DNA of 64,000 nt, taken from the IMG/VR virus record IMGVR_UViG_3300008107_006173. The stretch is one strand, 5' to 3'. Numbering within the stretch: the first letter of the stretch is position 1; every line of letters starts with the position of its first letter. Below are positions 47,196 through 57,668 of this stretch, in pieces. This DNA comes from a virus. Lineage: Duplodnaviria > Caudoviricetes. The notes under the pieces were generated by a model that was not told the DNA's origin, did not search any database, and saw only the letters and a program-made list of their open reading frames with translations. Both the position numbers and the translations under genes were made by a program.

Positions 47196-49805
47196 TTAAC
47201 CAGTTGTACCAAGTGTGTTCTGGATACGAATTGGAATGTAGATAAACTCAACTGCTTTGACTGGCTGAATAGCAACATCAATATGTAGCTCATTGCGGTC
47301 AATTCTTGCAGGTGTATTGTTTGTTGTATCACAAACTGTTAAGAAGTCAAACAAACCACGCTGTGTTACTAGCTGACCTAAGAAGCGGTCAACTACAACC
47401 TTAGCGTTTTGACGTGTAACTTCATCGTTTGGCTCAAACAAGAATGGCTTAACGATATCATCTAGACGCTCACGAATGTAAACAACTAGACGTGCTACGT
47501 TAATACGATCCAATGCGCTGGCTGTTGGGTTTAGGGTCTTTTGACCAAACACCGCAATACCTCTTCCTGGGAAGTTGCTGATTGGGTTTAACTTGTTAAC
47601 GTATAAGCTATCTCGCTGACCTTCACTTAGCGCAACACTCACAAACTCAGCTGTATCAGCGTTGATATAACCTAAGCCAGTTGCGTTAGTTACAATACCG
47701 CGCTGGAAGCCGGCTGGTGCAAACCATGGGAAAGCAACATTATCGTTATAAGCAAGTGTGCGTAGCGCAATATGACTTGCTGGAACAACAACATTTGTAC
47801 CGTCTAGGTTTGTTGTTAAGCCGTGTGGGTAATAAACTGCTGCATAAGCATTGCTGCTTACTAGGCCGTCTTCACCATTTTCTTCTGCATTGTTTGAGTT
47901 AGTTGCCCATGCTTGGGTTGCTGTTGAACTTGATGCTAGGCGTAGAGGAGCGTCAGCAACAATAAATGCTGTTTCCTTACGATCAACATTTAAGCTGATC
48001 ATTTCATCTAGCAGTTCTGGATATCCAGGTGCTGCAATTAGATTGAAACGGTTTACTTCGTTACGAATGTCAGTGTTGCTAACAATAGCAGCCTGCATTT
48101 GTTTTACAACTGCGCGGCGTTGAGCCTTGCGTAGCATGTGTGGACTACCATTGCTCTTATTACCACTGTAGTTTACCCAGCGATCGCCTACCAATACACC
48201 TTCATGTGTATGGCCAACTACCCATTGCTTAACGTTGCCGCCACTAGCGCGAGTGTTCCAGCCAAGAATTAAGTTTGGATATTCTGCGCCTGATGGTGCA
48301 TCTCCGTCAAGTGAGCTACCAGCGTCAACACGGAAATCAGCAAATACAACACCCATATCAGTTTCTTGATCGGTGTTATCTATTAGAATCCATTCGCTGC
48401 CTGTAGCATCCCATAGATAAATCTTTGGGAAGTTTTCTAAGTCGCTGCCGTCAATCCAAATATCGCCGCCTACTAACGCAGTACCGTCACTCTGTACAGT
48501 TGGTTCAGTGGCTTTTACTTGAACATCAGTATTATATGTTACCCAAGTACCGTTGTTATTATATAACAAGTCAATGTTATCAGCAGTGATATTATCGTCA
48601 TACCAAAGAGTACCGTCTACTGTATCGCCGCTAAGAGCAGTTGCACTTACTTCGTAGCTTAAAAATTCCCAATTTGAATATGCAAGATCAGCATTAAAGT
48701 TTAGATCAGTTGGATCAAATCCTGCAACATTACCAGCACTTAATACAATATCATACCCATCTGTATTTGTAATGGTTAACAATCCGCTCACATTAGCAGC
48801 TAATGCAGAACCTGTTCTTGAAAGTGTAGCATTAGCACCGCTAATAGCATTATTGATATCAGTTGCCATGTTGTCTACAGTAGCGTTTACGTTACCAGTT
48901 GTAAATGTAACATTAACTGGTGTGCCGTCGCCAAATGTAAAGGACAATGAAATCTTATTAGCGTGACTGGCTAGTACAACCGCATTTGCAGCAGCGGCTG
49001 AACTTTGTGTAGCGGTAACTGTGCCGTCGCCGTTCCAACGCTTTAGTCGTAATGTTGCTTCACCTGATACTGTATCAGCCCAAAGAGCGCCTTCGGCTGG
49101 ATTAAATCCGTATGCTGAAAGTGCTTGATATGACAGATCCTTAACGAAAATTTCGTCTGTTGTAAACTGAGCAGCGGCTGAATCGTATACTTTAACTGTT
49201 AAAGTTGTACCGTTGTTTTGAGCGTCAGTTTGTAACATGAGGTCACCAGCTACTAAGCTGCCGCCGCCGCTGCGGGTGTTCTTAGGAACGTTACCTGCTT
49301 CTAGATCAGAAACAGCAGGAATCTTAACGCTTTGGCGTACCCATGCAGTACCGCTCCAACGCTTTAGACCCCAAACTGTTGAGGATGAGTCTAGCCAGTA
49401 AGTGCCATCTGCAGGATCGCCAGCTGGCGCAACTGAACTTGCTGCCAGTTGGTCTAGGTCAATATCTGCGCGAAGAATATACGCACGGTTAGCAATACCT
49501 AAGAAACTATAGGCTGCTAGTAGTCCGTATTCGTTTAATTCGTGACCATGTAGTGCGGTGCCACCTGAAGTTTTGAAAACTGGGTTACCGTAATTTGTTA
49601 GTAAGTCGCGCTGACTTGTGATCAACTTGACGTTAGCTGCTTCTGCGGCTGTAGTGTATGCCGCTGTTCCTGTGCCATCGGGTGAGCTCTTGTCTTGAGC
49701 TGTAGCGATGACTAGTAGAGGAACTGTACCAGTACCAGCTGGAGCGTAAAAACTTTCGTCAGTTACGCTTACGCTTACGCCTGGTGATACTAATGTTCTT
49801 GCCAT
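47196..49805 (-). CDS. gp18: Tail sheath protein
   Basis: LVSPGVSV, FPWFAPAG..RG, NPI..FPG.G...FGQKTL, DRINVARL, FLFEPND, AVEFIYIPI. Confidence 0.95.
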   Translation of the reverse strand: MARTLVSPGVSVSVTDESFYAPAGTGTVPLLVIATAQDKSSPDGTGTAAYTTAAEAANVKLITSQRDLLTNYGNPVFKTSGGTALHGHELNEYGLLAAYSFLGIANRAYILRADIDLDQLAASSVAPAGDPADGTYWLDSSSTVWGLKRWSGTAWVRQSVKIPAVSDLEAGNVPKNTRSGGGSLVAGDLMLQTDAQNNGTTLTVKVYDSAAAQFTTDEIFVKDLSYQALSAYGFNPAEGALWADTVSGEATLRLKRWNGDGTVTATQSSAAAANAVVLASHANKISLSFTFGDGTPVNVTFTTGNVNATVDNMATDINNAISGANATLSRTGSALAANVSGLLTITNTDGYDIVLSAGNVAGFDPTDLNFNADLAYSNWEFLSYEVSATALSGDTVDGTLWYDDNITADNIDLLYNNNGTWVTYNTDVQVKATEPTVQSDGTALVGGDIWIDGSDLENFPKIYLWDATGSEWILIDNTDQETDMGVVFADFRVDAGSSLDGDAPSGAEYPNLILGWNTRASGGNVKQWVVGHTHEGVLVGDRWVNYSGNKSNGSPHMLRKAQRRAVVKQMQAAIVSNTDIRNEVNRFNLIAAPGYPELLDEMISLNVDRKETAFIVADAPLRLASSSTATQAWATNSNNAEENGEDGLVSSNAYAAVYYPHGLTTNLDGTNVVVPASHIALRTLAYNDNVAFPWFAPAGFQRGIVTNATGLGYINADTAEFVSVALSEGQRDSLYVNKLNPISNFPGRGIAVFGQKTLNPTASALDRINVARLVVYIRERLDDIVKPFLFEPNDEVTRQNAKVVVDRFLGQLVTQRGLFDFLTVCDTTNNTPARIDRNELHIDVAIQPVKAVEFIYIPIRIQNTLGTTG

Positions 49806-49918
49806 TTTTGTTCTCCCATAAAAGGTTGGTTTGTATGCATATATTTATGCAAAACACCCCTAAACCGGTATTATTAGGAGAAGCAAGATTTAAAAATGAT
49901 AAAAAATGCTAAATAGCC

Positions 49919-50572
49919 TCAGACCACGCTGAGGTGAGTTTTAAATAAGTTGCGTTGCAGATCATTGACCAGTTTGTCTAGATCTTCCATGCTGCCATTG
50001 TTATTAATAATGTAGTCAACTGGAAAGCCCGCCCAATTCCATTCGCTCTCATGTACATCGCGCCAGCGAGTTTGCATTATCTTACGAGCAATAGCATTAC
50101 CCTCATTTGCTTTAACAGCATCATCAAACCATAGAGGTAACTCGCCGCGCTGCACCCAAACAACAATACCATTTAGGCTTTTGATTAGCTCGAGTTCATT
50201 TCTAAATCTAGCATCACTAATAACAACATTTTGATCGCTGTTTTTAATTCTAAATCTATATTCTAAACTTGACAACCAGATGTCCTGATGAAAATGATTG
50301 CGTAGCACATCTGTGCCCACTAGCTGAAGTGCGAGTCGCGGGGTAAAATTGTCAATGCCTAGTTTACGAGCCCAAAACATATCTGGTGTTTCGCGAAACT
50401 CTCGACTTTCTATTGTGTCGCCTTCAAGTAATGCTCGTGGCCAACCAAAAATAGCTGCACATGCATCTTTAAGAGGTGTAGCAAAACTATCTTTAATACA
50501 CCCACACGAAATAAACCGACTAGCAACTGTATCCTTGCCGCTACCAATAAATCCAACTAAACCAATAATCAT
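49919..50572 (-). CDS. gp1: Deoxynucleoside monophosphate kinase
   Basis: IIGLVGFIGSGKDT, SFATPLK, R..LQ..GTD, ISDARF.NE, HESE. Confidence 0.9.
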   Translation of the reverse strand: MIIGLVGFIGSGKDTVASRFISCGCIKDSFATPLKDACAAIFGWPRALLEGDTIESREFRETPDMFWARKLGIDNFTPRLALQLVGTDVLRNHFHQDIWLSSLEYRFRIKNSDQNVVISDARFRNELELIKSLNGIVVWVQRGELPLWFDDAVKANEGNAIARKIMQTRWRDVHESEWNWAGFPVDYIINNNGSMEDLDKLVNDLQRNLFKTHLSVV

Positions 50573-51612
50573 TATTTTTCCTTAATATATGTAAATGTGG
50601 ATTCGCCAAGACCATTGTGCTTACCGCACTGGTGAGCGCATCGCTCTAATCTATTTTCGTTAGTCCAACTATCTTCAATCACCTTAAACCACGCACCATT
50701 AACTATTTCATCAAGTGATGTAAAATTAAGATTAGCTTTTTCTGGGCCGCCAGCTAGGTTCATCAACGATTTAAACTTTTCAAACTCGTGATGTTGCTCT
50801 GCTTCATATCCATAAAGTCTGTCAGATAAAAAGCCGCAATGAAAAACATAACCATCAGCACCAATATATATCATCTTAAACTGCATCGCTATGCAGTCAA
50901 TTGGAACTGTTGCATATGATGCTTTATCAAAATTTATATAACCAGGATTGATTAGTTCTTTTTTAGTTGGCGGGCTAATGAAATAAATTTTATTTGTATC
51001 TACTACTGTAGTTCTTGCCACACGCTCATGCTTTTTATCAACAAATCTAGTAGTTCGCTTGAGTAAAAAGTCTGAGAAGCCTAGTTCGTTTGCCAGTTGT
51101 TTAGCAGCATCTACTTGATGTTCATTGTGTTCAAAGGGAAGAAATTGCCATACACTATTGCCGCCAGCAGCATTAAACGCTGCTATATTTTCCATCAATC
51201 TCTTCCAGCTTACGCCTCTACGATAAAGATGATTTGTATCTTCTAGACCATCAATACCAAACACAACCTTATCTTTTGTCCCTAAACTATTAGCCAGTTC
51301 CTTCCAAAAAGAAGGCTTACGCATCCCGCCGTTGGTATTAATTGTAATATTTGCATTTGATACTGTTTTTAACCAATGGACGATTTCAACAATATTAGGA
51401 TGTACGCATGGATCACCATAGGTGCCACAAAGCCTAATTACTTTTATTTTAGACATAAAGTCCAATGGTAGTTTTTCTTTCAGCCATGGCAATGACATCG
51501 ATGCAATGGGCAAAGACGGCCATCTAGGGCCGCCGTAAAAATTTCTTGAACATTGCGGACATGCCGCATTACAATTAGTTGTGAGTTCTAATTCGAGGAA
51601 CTCGACTTGCAT
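50572..51612 (-). CDS. Radical SAM protein with SPASM/twitch-like C-terminus
   Basis: CNAACPQC (CxxxCxxC), GTYGDP, INTNG, later Cys cluster. Confidence 0.9.
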   Translation of the reverse strand: MQVEFLELELTTNCNAACPQCSRNFYGGPRWPSLPIASMSLPWLKEKLPLDFMSKIKVIRLCGTYGDPCVHPNIVEIVHWLKTVSNANITINTNGGMRKPSFWKELANSLGTKDKVVFGIDGLEDTNHLYRRGVSWKRLMENIAAFNAAGGNSVWQFLPFEHNEHQVDAAKQLANELGFSDFLLKRTTRFVDKKHERVARTTVVDTNKIYFISPPTKKELINPGYINFDKASYATVPIDCIAMQFKMIYIGADGYVFHCGFLSDRLYGYEAEQHHEFEKFKSLMNLAGGPEKANLNFTSLDEIVNGAWFKVIEDSWTNENRLERCAHQCGKHNGLGESTFTYIKEK

Positions 51613-51617
51613 ATGTC

Positions 51618-52376
51618 TTAGCCAATTATAAATCCTAAAGGACTGTTGCCTTCTTCCATATTATGGAGAGCAACTAGTAGTTCATCAATTTCTGTTTTGC
51701 CTTCTGCCTTAAGGTCAGCACCATTAAGTTGGATGGCGCCGCCTGCGCCAGGAAGTCCACTAGCATATTTGCTACGAGCTTCGCCTAACATTAATTTACA
51801 ATGTGCTAAAGAATATGATGCTAACCATTGACTAGCATAAATGTCGCCAAGCAAAATCATTTCAGGTATAAAGTTATATACCCCAATAGCAACTTCTTCC
51901 TCATGGTTAACATTACGAAGAATTTTTAATACCTTAGTATTGCGGTTCCATAGAAAGTTATATTCACTACCAAACACACGACCAATAGTTTCTTTATATT
52001 GTGCAAACGCATCAAATACAGCAAGACCACCAATCTGACCTGCTTGTAGCATGTACATGTTGTTAAATGCCACATCAAACGGATCAAAGTTTGTTCCGCC
52101 GCCGCTATTGGTACCAATACCTCTGCGGTAAAGTCTACGAACTTCAATTACTTCATCAGGTAGTGTATACTCTGTGATACCGCCTTGAGTTTGAATAAAG
52201 ATAACACTTTCTTCAACTGAGCCGCTGCTCAACTGTCTGTATTTTCCTAACGCGATGTCAATAGCAGTATCGTAATGTTCGCGGTCAAGCTCCACATCAA
52301 CCATGCCGTCGCCTAAGCGATTTTTTAAGCTCTTTATTAGGTCTTCCCTGCTGCTGTATCCGATAGTATTTGCCAT
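51618..52376 (-). CDS. gp13: Neck protein (gp13-like)
   Basis: LG...VDVELD, LGEARSKY..LPG.GG.I.LNG; late box 5 nt upstream. Confidence 0.85.
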   Translation of the reverse strand: MANTIGYSSREDLIKSLKNRLGDGMVDVELDREHYDTAIDIALGKYRQLSSGSVEESVIFIQTQGGITEYTLPDEVIEVRRLYRRGIGTNSGGGTNFDPFDVAFNNMYMLQAGQIGGLAVFDAFAQYKETIGRVFGSEYNFLWNRNTKVLKILRNVNHEEEVAIGVYNFIPEMILLGDIYASQWLASYSLAHCKLMLGEARSKYASGLPGAGGAIQLNGADLKAEGKTEIDELLVALHNMEEGNSPLGFIIG

Positions 52377-52390
52377 ACTACTATTTATCT

Positions 52391-53551
52391 TTAGAACACT
52401 TTAATGAGCAAGGTATGCTCGTTAATGCGCCCGTTCATCTCAGTTTCCACAGCATTTAGTCCTTCAAAAAGCTTCTGAAACTTAGTACGGGCTAGCTTAT
52501 CTGCACCCTTAAGGAGCTCAGGTTTACGAAGTGTTTTTTGAACACTTTGCTTTGCGCTGAAGCCTACGATTGTAGTACCTTTAACCATCAAGTTGTGGTG
52601 CTCTTCGGCTACATATACGCCCAACTTTCGATTTTTAGTATTATAAACCCACAGTACCTGTGCATCCAAGATATTCATTGGATTGATACTTGCAAGTCCC
52701 AAACTAGGCTCGCTCTGCTTAAATTTGAGCTTGCTAACAATCTTATCCTTGCTTACAGTCCTTTTCTTACGGGTCTTACGCACAGCCTTACCTGTATTGA
52801 TAAAGGTGTCACAGGCGATAGCAATTTTTTCGTAGAACTCAAGGAACTCCTTACGCATCTTGGGAGTCATGTAAGAGTAGCCTTCTTTGATCTGCTCATC
52901 CTTCCATGCTACTACTTCCCTTGCTTCATCATGCTGGCCTTCGTATATTTCCTTAATGATCTTAGCATGAGCTGCTTTGATCATATTGTCCTTGTAGCTC
53001 TGCATTTGACTATAAGGATCAAATGTAGAAAGATCAAGTCGGTTAGCACAAAGTTCGTCCAGCAAATAGTCCCAGTGAGCGCACAAACTGCTCACCTGAT
53101 CTCTCATACGCTGCTGAATACTTATAGTAACAACATTTTTTGGTTTTTCAATTTCTACTACTGCTTTCTTTTTCTCTAATGCATCTGCTTGCACTAAGAA
53201 ATCTTCGTAGTATCCCTTGAGTCTAGCAATACTCTGCTCAGATAATGCTACACCTTTTTCTAACAAGTAAGCCATCTTACCTACTGTAATAAAATTATAC
53301 TCAGGTAGACGCTTTAGTGTAGCAGCCTGCTTTTTATCAAAATTCTTTTCACAGTATTTGATAAAAGATGCTGTTTTCTTTTTATCGTCAACTTCATAGT
53401 GGACATACGAGTCTGCTTCCCATAGCAGACGATTATAATCTTTATCAATTCCGTTAATTCTAATTGGCTTCATATCCAATTGAACTAGCCGCCAATCGGG
53501 CTCTGAAAATCCGTTAGCGGATAGCTTTCTAGGTGCTTTAGCTCTAGCCAC
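52391..53551 (-). CDS. Conserved hypothetical early protein
   Basis: 386 aa; ends LWVYNTK.RKLG...QKTLRKP...NGRIN; own sigma70-type promoter. Confidence 0.75.
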   Translation of the reverse strand: MARAKAPRKLSANGFSEPDWRLVQLDMKPIRINGIDKDYNRLLWEADSYVHYEVDDKKKTASFIKYCEKNFDKKQAATLKRLPEYNFITVGKMAYLLEKGVALSEQSIARLKGYYEDFLVQADALEKKKAVVEIEKPKNVVTISIQQRMRDQVSSLCAHWDYLLDELCANRLDLSTFDPYSQMQSYKDNMIKAAHAKIIKEIYEGQHDEAREVVAWKDEQIKEGYSYMTPKMRKEFLEFYEKIAIACDTFINTGKAVRKTRKKRTVSKDKIVSKLKFKQSEPSLGLASINPMNILDAQVLWVYNTKNRKLGVYVAEEHHNLMVKGTTIVGFSAKQSVQKTLRKPELLKGADKLARTKFQKLFEGLNAVETEMNGRINEHTLLIKVF

Positions 53552-53582
53552 AAGTTACTCCTGAAATCTCAAACACATATAT

Positions 53583-53610
53583 AGTATAGCATCTATTTAG
53601 GATGTGTCAA
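53583..53610 (-). promoter_or_regulatory. Sigma70-type early promoter
   Basis: GGTTGACA-CATCCTAAATAGATGC-TATACT. Confidence 0.75.
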
Positions 53611-53658
53611 CCATATAGAATTGTAGCAATTTTACAACATTTTGCCCAAAAACAACAG

Positions 53659-54582
53659 CTATTTTTTACCTAAATTTCTTTCCCAAATCTCTATTGTTCG
53701 GGATAAACCGGTATCTAAATCTACTTTTGGTTCCCAACCTAACATATGGGTTATCTTTTTATTAGTGCTGTTTAAAAGATAAATTTCACCGGGGCGGGCT
53801 GGCTTTGTATTCCAATTTATGACTCCCTGCCAGTTTAACTTATTTGCAATTTTTTCAGCAAAATGTTTAATTTTAATAGGTGCGTTGGGCCCTAAACAAA
53901 ATATATTACCGTTGTTACATTTATCAGGATTCTCAATTACTGCTACCCAGGCATCAAGCAAATCATCAATAAAAATAAAATTTCTATAAGGTTCAGCATA
54001 ACCTAAATTAACTTCTTGTGAATTAGTTAGCATTTGATAAACAATTTGTTCAGTTACAAAAAAGTTGTTATCCTTACGGCCATATGCATTTGTCTGACGA
54101 ATAGCTGTAAAAGGTAGGCCATAACTGCGATGTGCATACTCTAGATATTTTTCACAGGCGTACTTTGCAACAGCATACGGAGCATTAGGATTTGGTAATG
54201 TGCTTTCGTCAAACGCAGGAATATTATTTGGATCTTCTTTACCTTCTTTAATAATATCACTAATTGGTTGCCAGCCATATACTTCCATTGTACTAGCAAA
54301 AATAAAGTTTTTTAAATTAGTTACATGTTTAGCTGCTTCAATTAAATTTACGGTGCCCACATAATTAATATCACTGAACACATTTTGTTCGTAGAAGCTC
54401 TGTTCTACTTCTGTGCGAGCTGCAAGGTGAATAATAACATCAGGACTAATTAACTTAACTTGTGCCGCAACAGCAGTATGATCCCTTAAATCGGATGCTA
54501 AAAAATGAAGCTCGTGACCAGACAATCTTTTAACTAAGTGCTGGCCTATAAATCCTGAATTTCCTGTAATAAAAATTTTCAT
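53659..54582 (-). CDS. NAD-dependent NDP-sugar epimerase/dehydratase
   Basis: GNSGFIG, HLAA, STMEVYG, YAVAK (YxxxK), RPGE. Confidence 0.92.
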   Translation of the reverse strand: MKIFITGNSGFIGQHLVKRLSGHELHFLASDLRDHTAVAAQVKLISPDVIIHLAARTEVEQSFYEQNVFSDINYVGTVNLIEAAKHVTNLKNFIFASTMEVYGWQPISDIIKEGKEDPNNIPAFDESTLPNPNAPYAVAKYACEKYLEYAHRSYGLPFTAIRQTNAYGRKDNNFFVTEQIVYQMLTNSQEVNLGYAEPYRNFIFIDDLLDAWVAVIENPDKCNNGNIFCLGPNAPIKIKHFAEKIANKLNWQGVINWNTKPARPGEIYLLNSTNKKITHMLGWEPKVDLDTGLSRTIEIWERNLGKK

Positions 54583-55637
54583 GAACAATAATCCTCAAGA
54601 GTGCCTTTTCGTCTTAAATCTAATGTAGCGCAATGTATGCCGCCAGCTAAAGTCATACTATGACGGAATTGAACCGGTACGCTGTCAATGCCCCACTTAT
54701 CTAATTCACGCATTAGCGGCTCTTGTGCGCTGTCACAAATGATTGTACTTTCGTTGACACTAAGAATGTTCATGCCAATATACGGACTACATGGTGCAAA
54801 ATATCCCTGATCTACAAGTTTAGTGCCCTGTACAACACAATCGTCAAACCAGATCTTGTCCCACTTCTTAAAGATTTCTGGGCAGTTGTCAGGTGTTACT
54901 CGTGTGCTGTTCAGCAGTACTAGACCTGGACGCAACGGAATAATTGTACTGTCAAAATGTGCATAGCTGTAAAGTTCGCTATAGTGTAGTTTATAACCCA
55001 TAGGCTCTAAGAACCGCTTGAGCCACTTAAAACCCTTCATGTTGCCACTATTACTTACCTGGTATAAAATATCTCTACCAACACGAACAATATTAGGAGC
55101 ATCAAAACAAATTTCATGATCTAGTAAAGTTGCTTTTTTAAGGTCATCAAACTGATACATATTATCGTGTAACTTAGGCTTTGGTGCGTTGAGCCATAGT
55201 GCGCCATCTTCAAATGCTTCGTATAAAATATCTTCATACAAGCGGGTTTCAAAGTATCTAGCACGAACAGGTGTAGGTGTCTCTAACAGCAAATCACCTA
55301 GTACAATAATTAAATCTCGTGGACACCAGCTATACCAGCCTTTAGTTTGCCAACCTTCGCCAATGTCGTAATTAACTTTATCCCAATCAATAATTTTAGG
55401 GCGATGAACTTTAACACCCATCTTTGTAAGTGTGTTAGCCAAGCCATCAGCATCTTCGTTGGCTTCATCAATTACCCATTGCGGATAAGTGCCTTCTAAA
55501 TGTTTAATCTTTTCAGCTGGATGATTAGCATAGCTAAAGCTATGTGCGCTAATATCTGTAGCAATGCGACTATGATGTGCATGGCCTACAATAATTTCCT
55601 CTAGTGGATCCCAGTCATTGTGTGAATTTACGATCAT
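54579..55637 (-). CDS. Amidinotransferase (AGAT/StrB1 family)
   Basis: NSHNDWDPLEEIIVG, PRD, FDA, HFD, MNILS, GGIHCAT with the catalytic Asp/His/Cys. Confidence 0.92.
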   Translation of the reverse strand: MIVNSHNDWDPLEEIIVGHAHHSRIATDISAHSFSYANHPAEKIKHLEGTYPQWVIDEANEDADGLANTLTKMGVKVHRPKIIDWDKVNYDIGEGWQTKGWYSWCPRDLIIVLGDLLLETPTPVRARYFETRLYEDILYEAFEDGALWLNAPKPKLHDNMYQFDDLKKATLLDHEICFDAPNIVRVGRDILYQVSNSGNMKGFKWLKRFLEPMGYKLHYSELYSYAHFDSTIIPLRPGLVLLNSTRVTPDNCPEIFKKWDKIWFDDCVVQGTKLVDQGYFAPCSPYIGMNILSVNESTIICDSAQEPLMRELDKWGIDSVPVQFRHSMTLAGGIHCATLDLRRKGTLEDYCS

Positions 55638-56506
55638 GTGTTTATGTCTCCAAGGTATTCGCTGATACAAACCCGATTGTTATCTAAAATACCTCTATTA
55701 AAATGTTTGTATTCTTCGCCGCCTAAACCAAAAATTACTGTATCTGTATAAACTAAATTACGTTCTTCGCATACCTGTTCGTACTTGTCCTGATAAGTTT
55801 CCCAGTTCCAATCGGGACTAAAACTTTTCATAAAGTGAGCACCTAAACTCATACTATATGTATTTTGCATATTTACTTCATTGATCATACTAATACCATC
55901 GTCTGCATATTCTCGAGTAAATCTAATACCTACACGATGATTTTCTAATGCATAAAACGGTTTACTTAAACTACATGTAACTTCTGTAATCATAGGATAT
56001 TTGTTCAAATCGATATGAATATTTTTTGCTATTCCCCAGTAAGCTAAATCTAAACAAACGGGTACTTTATAAAATGCACACATCTCCATAAGACGATCAA
56101 ATTCTGGGTGCATACAGCCATAATCACTAAAAGGTGCACTAATTATTACTGCTGATAAATCTAACCCAAAAAACTTAGATGTTGAAAATTCTTTATCAAT
56201 ATAGTCAAAATCTAAAAATTTAGATATACATGCATGGTATTGAAAGTCGCCGCGCATAGCAAAAATTGTTTTGTTTTTTCCATGCTTTAAAACAAAGTTA
56301 TCAAACGTCTGGCTAGTACCCTGTGTATAATCAGCGTATTTAAAATTGTCTAAACCTTCAAGGGTTTTTGAATCAGTATATGTTAGCCAATTACGCCATA
56401 TTTCAGTATAGTCAGCAAGGGATATATCATTATACTTAAAAAGATTATAATGATCCCGTACTTGTTTACTTGTTATTGGGCGGGCGCCCCGGGTTAATTG
56501 ACTCAT
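55634..56506 (-). CDS. PLP-dependent fold-type I aminotransferase-like protein
   Basis: LDLAYW (Asp binding PLP), SLSKP (Schiff-base Lys), RVGIR. Confidence 0.75.
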   Translation of the reverse strand: MSQLTRGARPITSKQVRDHYNLFKYNDISLADYTEIWRNWLTYTDSKTLEGLDNFKYADYTQGTSQTFDNFVLKHGKNKTIFAMRGDFQYHACISKFLDFDYIDKEFSTSKFFGLDLSAVIISAPFSDYGCMHPEFDRLMEMCAFYKVPVCLDLAYWGIAKNIHIDLNKYPMITEVTCSLSKPFYALENHRVGIRFTREYADDGISMINEVNMQNTYSMSLGAHFMKSFSPDWNWETYQDKYEQVCEERNLVYTDTVIFGLGGEEYKHFNRGILDNNRVCISEYLGDINT

Positions 56507-56533
56507 CAGGCTTCGTTTAAAGTGATTATTTAA

Positions 56534-56578
56534 TACTTATCTTTCTGCACAACCTGGTTCTAGAAGTTCTGATAAATA
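56534..56578. promoter_or_regulatory. Back-to-back late promoters
   Basis: GATAAGTA on minus (56534-56541) and GATAAATA on plus (56571-56578). Confidence 0.65.
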
Positions 56579-56583
56579 GTATT

Positions 56584-57660
56584 ATGCCCAAAATAAGCCT
56601 CTGGAACCCGATTAAAACAAACGACTACAATTTTATTGATAGAATTGTAGGCGAACACTTGTATGCCGGTGGCACAGGAGTCCATGTACACAAGTATTTA
56701 GGTATACACGATAATGTAAATGCTACATCGTTAGACCCAACAAGACCTCCAGCTGGTAATACAACTAGTGATCAAATTTTTATTCAGGATCTACTATTTT
56801 TAGAAAACAGAGATCGCAAGTACGATACAAATATTTACGAATTGCGCGGGCAATATAATATTCAAGATAACGACAGTTACGATTTAACACAGTTTGGTTT
56901 GTTTTTAGCTAACGATACTGTGTTTTTAACTTTCCATATTGAAAGCATGGTAGAATCGCTTGGACGCAAATTAATGCCCGGAGATGTGTTAGAACTACCT
57001 CATTTGCGTGATGATCTGTTGCTGGGTACTGAAGGTGCTATTAATAGATTTTATGTTGTTCAAGATGGTGCTAGACCCAGTGAAGGATTTGATCCTCGTT
57101 GGTGGCCGCATCTATGGCGTGTCAAGTGCGGTCCTATCAGTGACAGTCAAGAATACAGAGATATACTTGGTACTGGTGAAAATGAAGAAGATTTACGCAA
57201 TCTTATCAGTAAGTATCAAAATGAGATTGCAATCAACGATGCAATTTTAGCGCAAGCTGAAAGAGATGTTCCATACGATCCTCAATGGAGAAGAACCGGA
57301 CACTTATACTTTGACCCCGAAGTACCTGATAAGCCAACTATAGGTTTTGACTTTGCGGGAGATACCGGTGTTCCTGTTAATGGTGTGCCTATTGCAGGTA
57401 GCGGTGAAAGTTTCCCTGTTACAGGCATAAGTGATGGGGATTATTTCTTGCGTACAGATTTTAGTCCAAATAGACTATTCCAAAAGTCAGGTAATAGGTG
57501 GATTCGCGTAGGTGATGACAATCGCAGAGAATGGGCTGCTGCTAATCGCGTACTCAGCACATTTATTAACAATGATAACTACAGAATTGATTCAAACGGT
57601 TTAAGTGAACTTGAAAAAACTAATTTAAGTAAAGTTATTAAACCAAAGACGGATAACTAA
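56584..57660 (+). CDS. gp14: Neck/head-closure protein (gp14-like)
   Basis: L.Q FGLFL.ND..FLTFH...GD(V)LELP pattern; precedes gp15. Confidence 0.75.
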   Translation: MPKISLWNPIKTNDYNFIDRIVGEHLYAGGTGVHVHKYLGIHDNVNATSLDPTRPPAGNTTSDQIFIQDLLFLENRDRKYDTNIYELRGQYNIQDNDSYDLTQFGLFLANDTVFLTFHIESMVESLGRKLMPGDVLELPHLRDDLLLGTEGAINRFYVVQDGARPSEGFDPRWWPHLWRVKCGPISDSQEYRDILGTGENEEDLRNLISKYQNEIAINDAILAQAERDVPYDPQWRRTGHLYFDPEVPDKPTIGFDFAGDTGVPVNGVPIAGSGESFPVTGISDGDYFLRTDFSPNRLFQKSGNRWIRVGDDNRREWAAANRVLSTFINNDNYRIDSNGLSELEKTNLSKVIKPKTDN

Positions 57661-57668
57661 GGACACAT

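Noticed and set aside
52538-53179. 213-aa plus-strand ORF
   Set aside because: Fully antisense to a 386-aa gene that has its own promoter; the translation looks non-protein-like.
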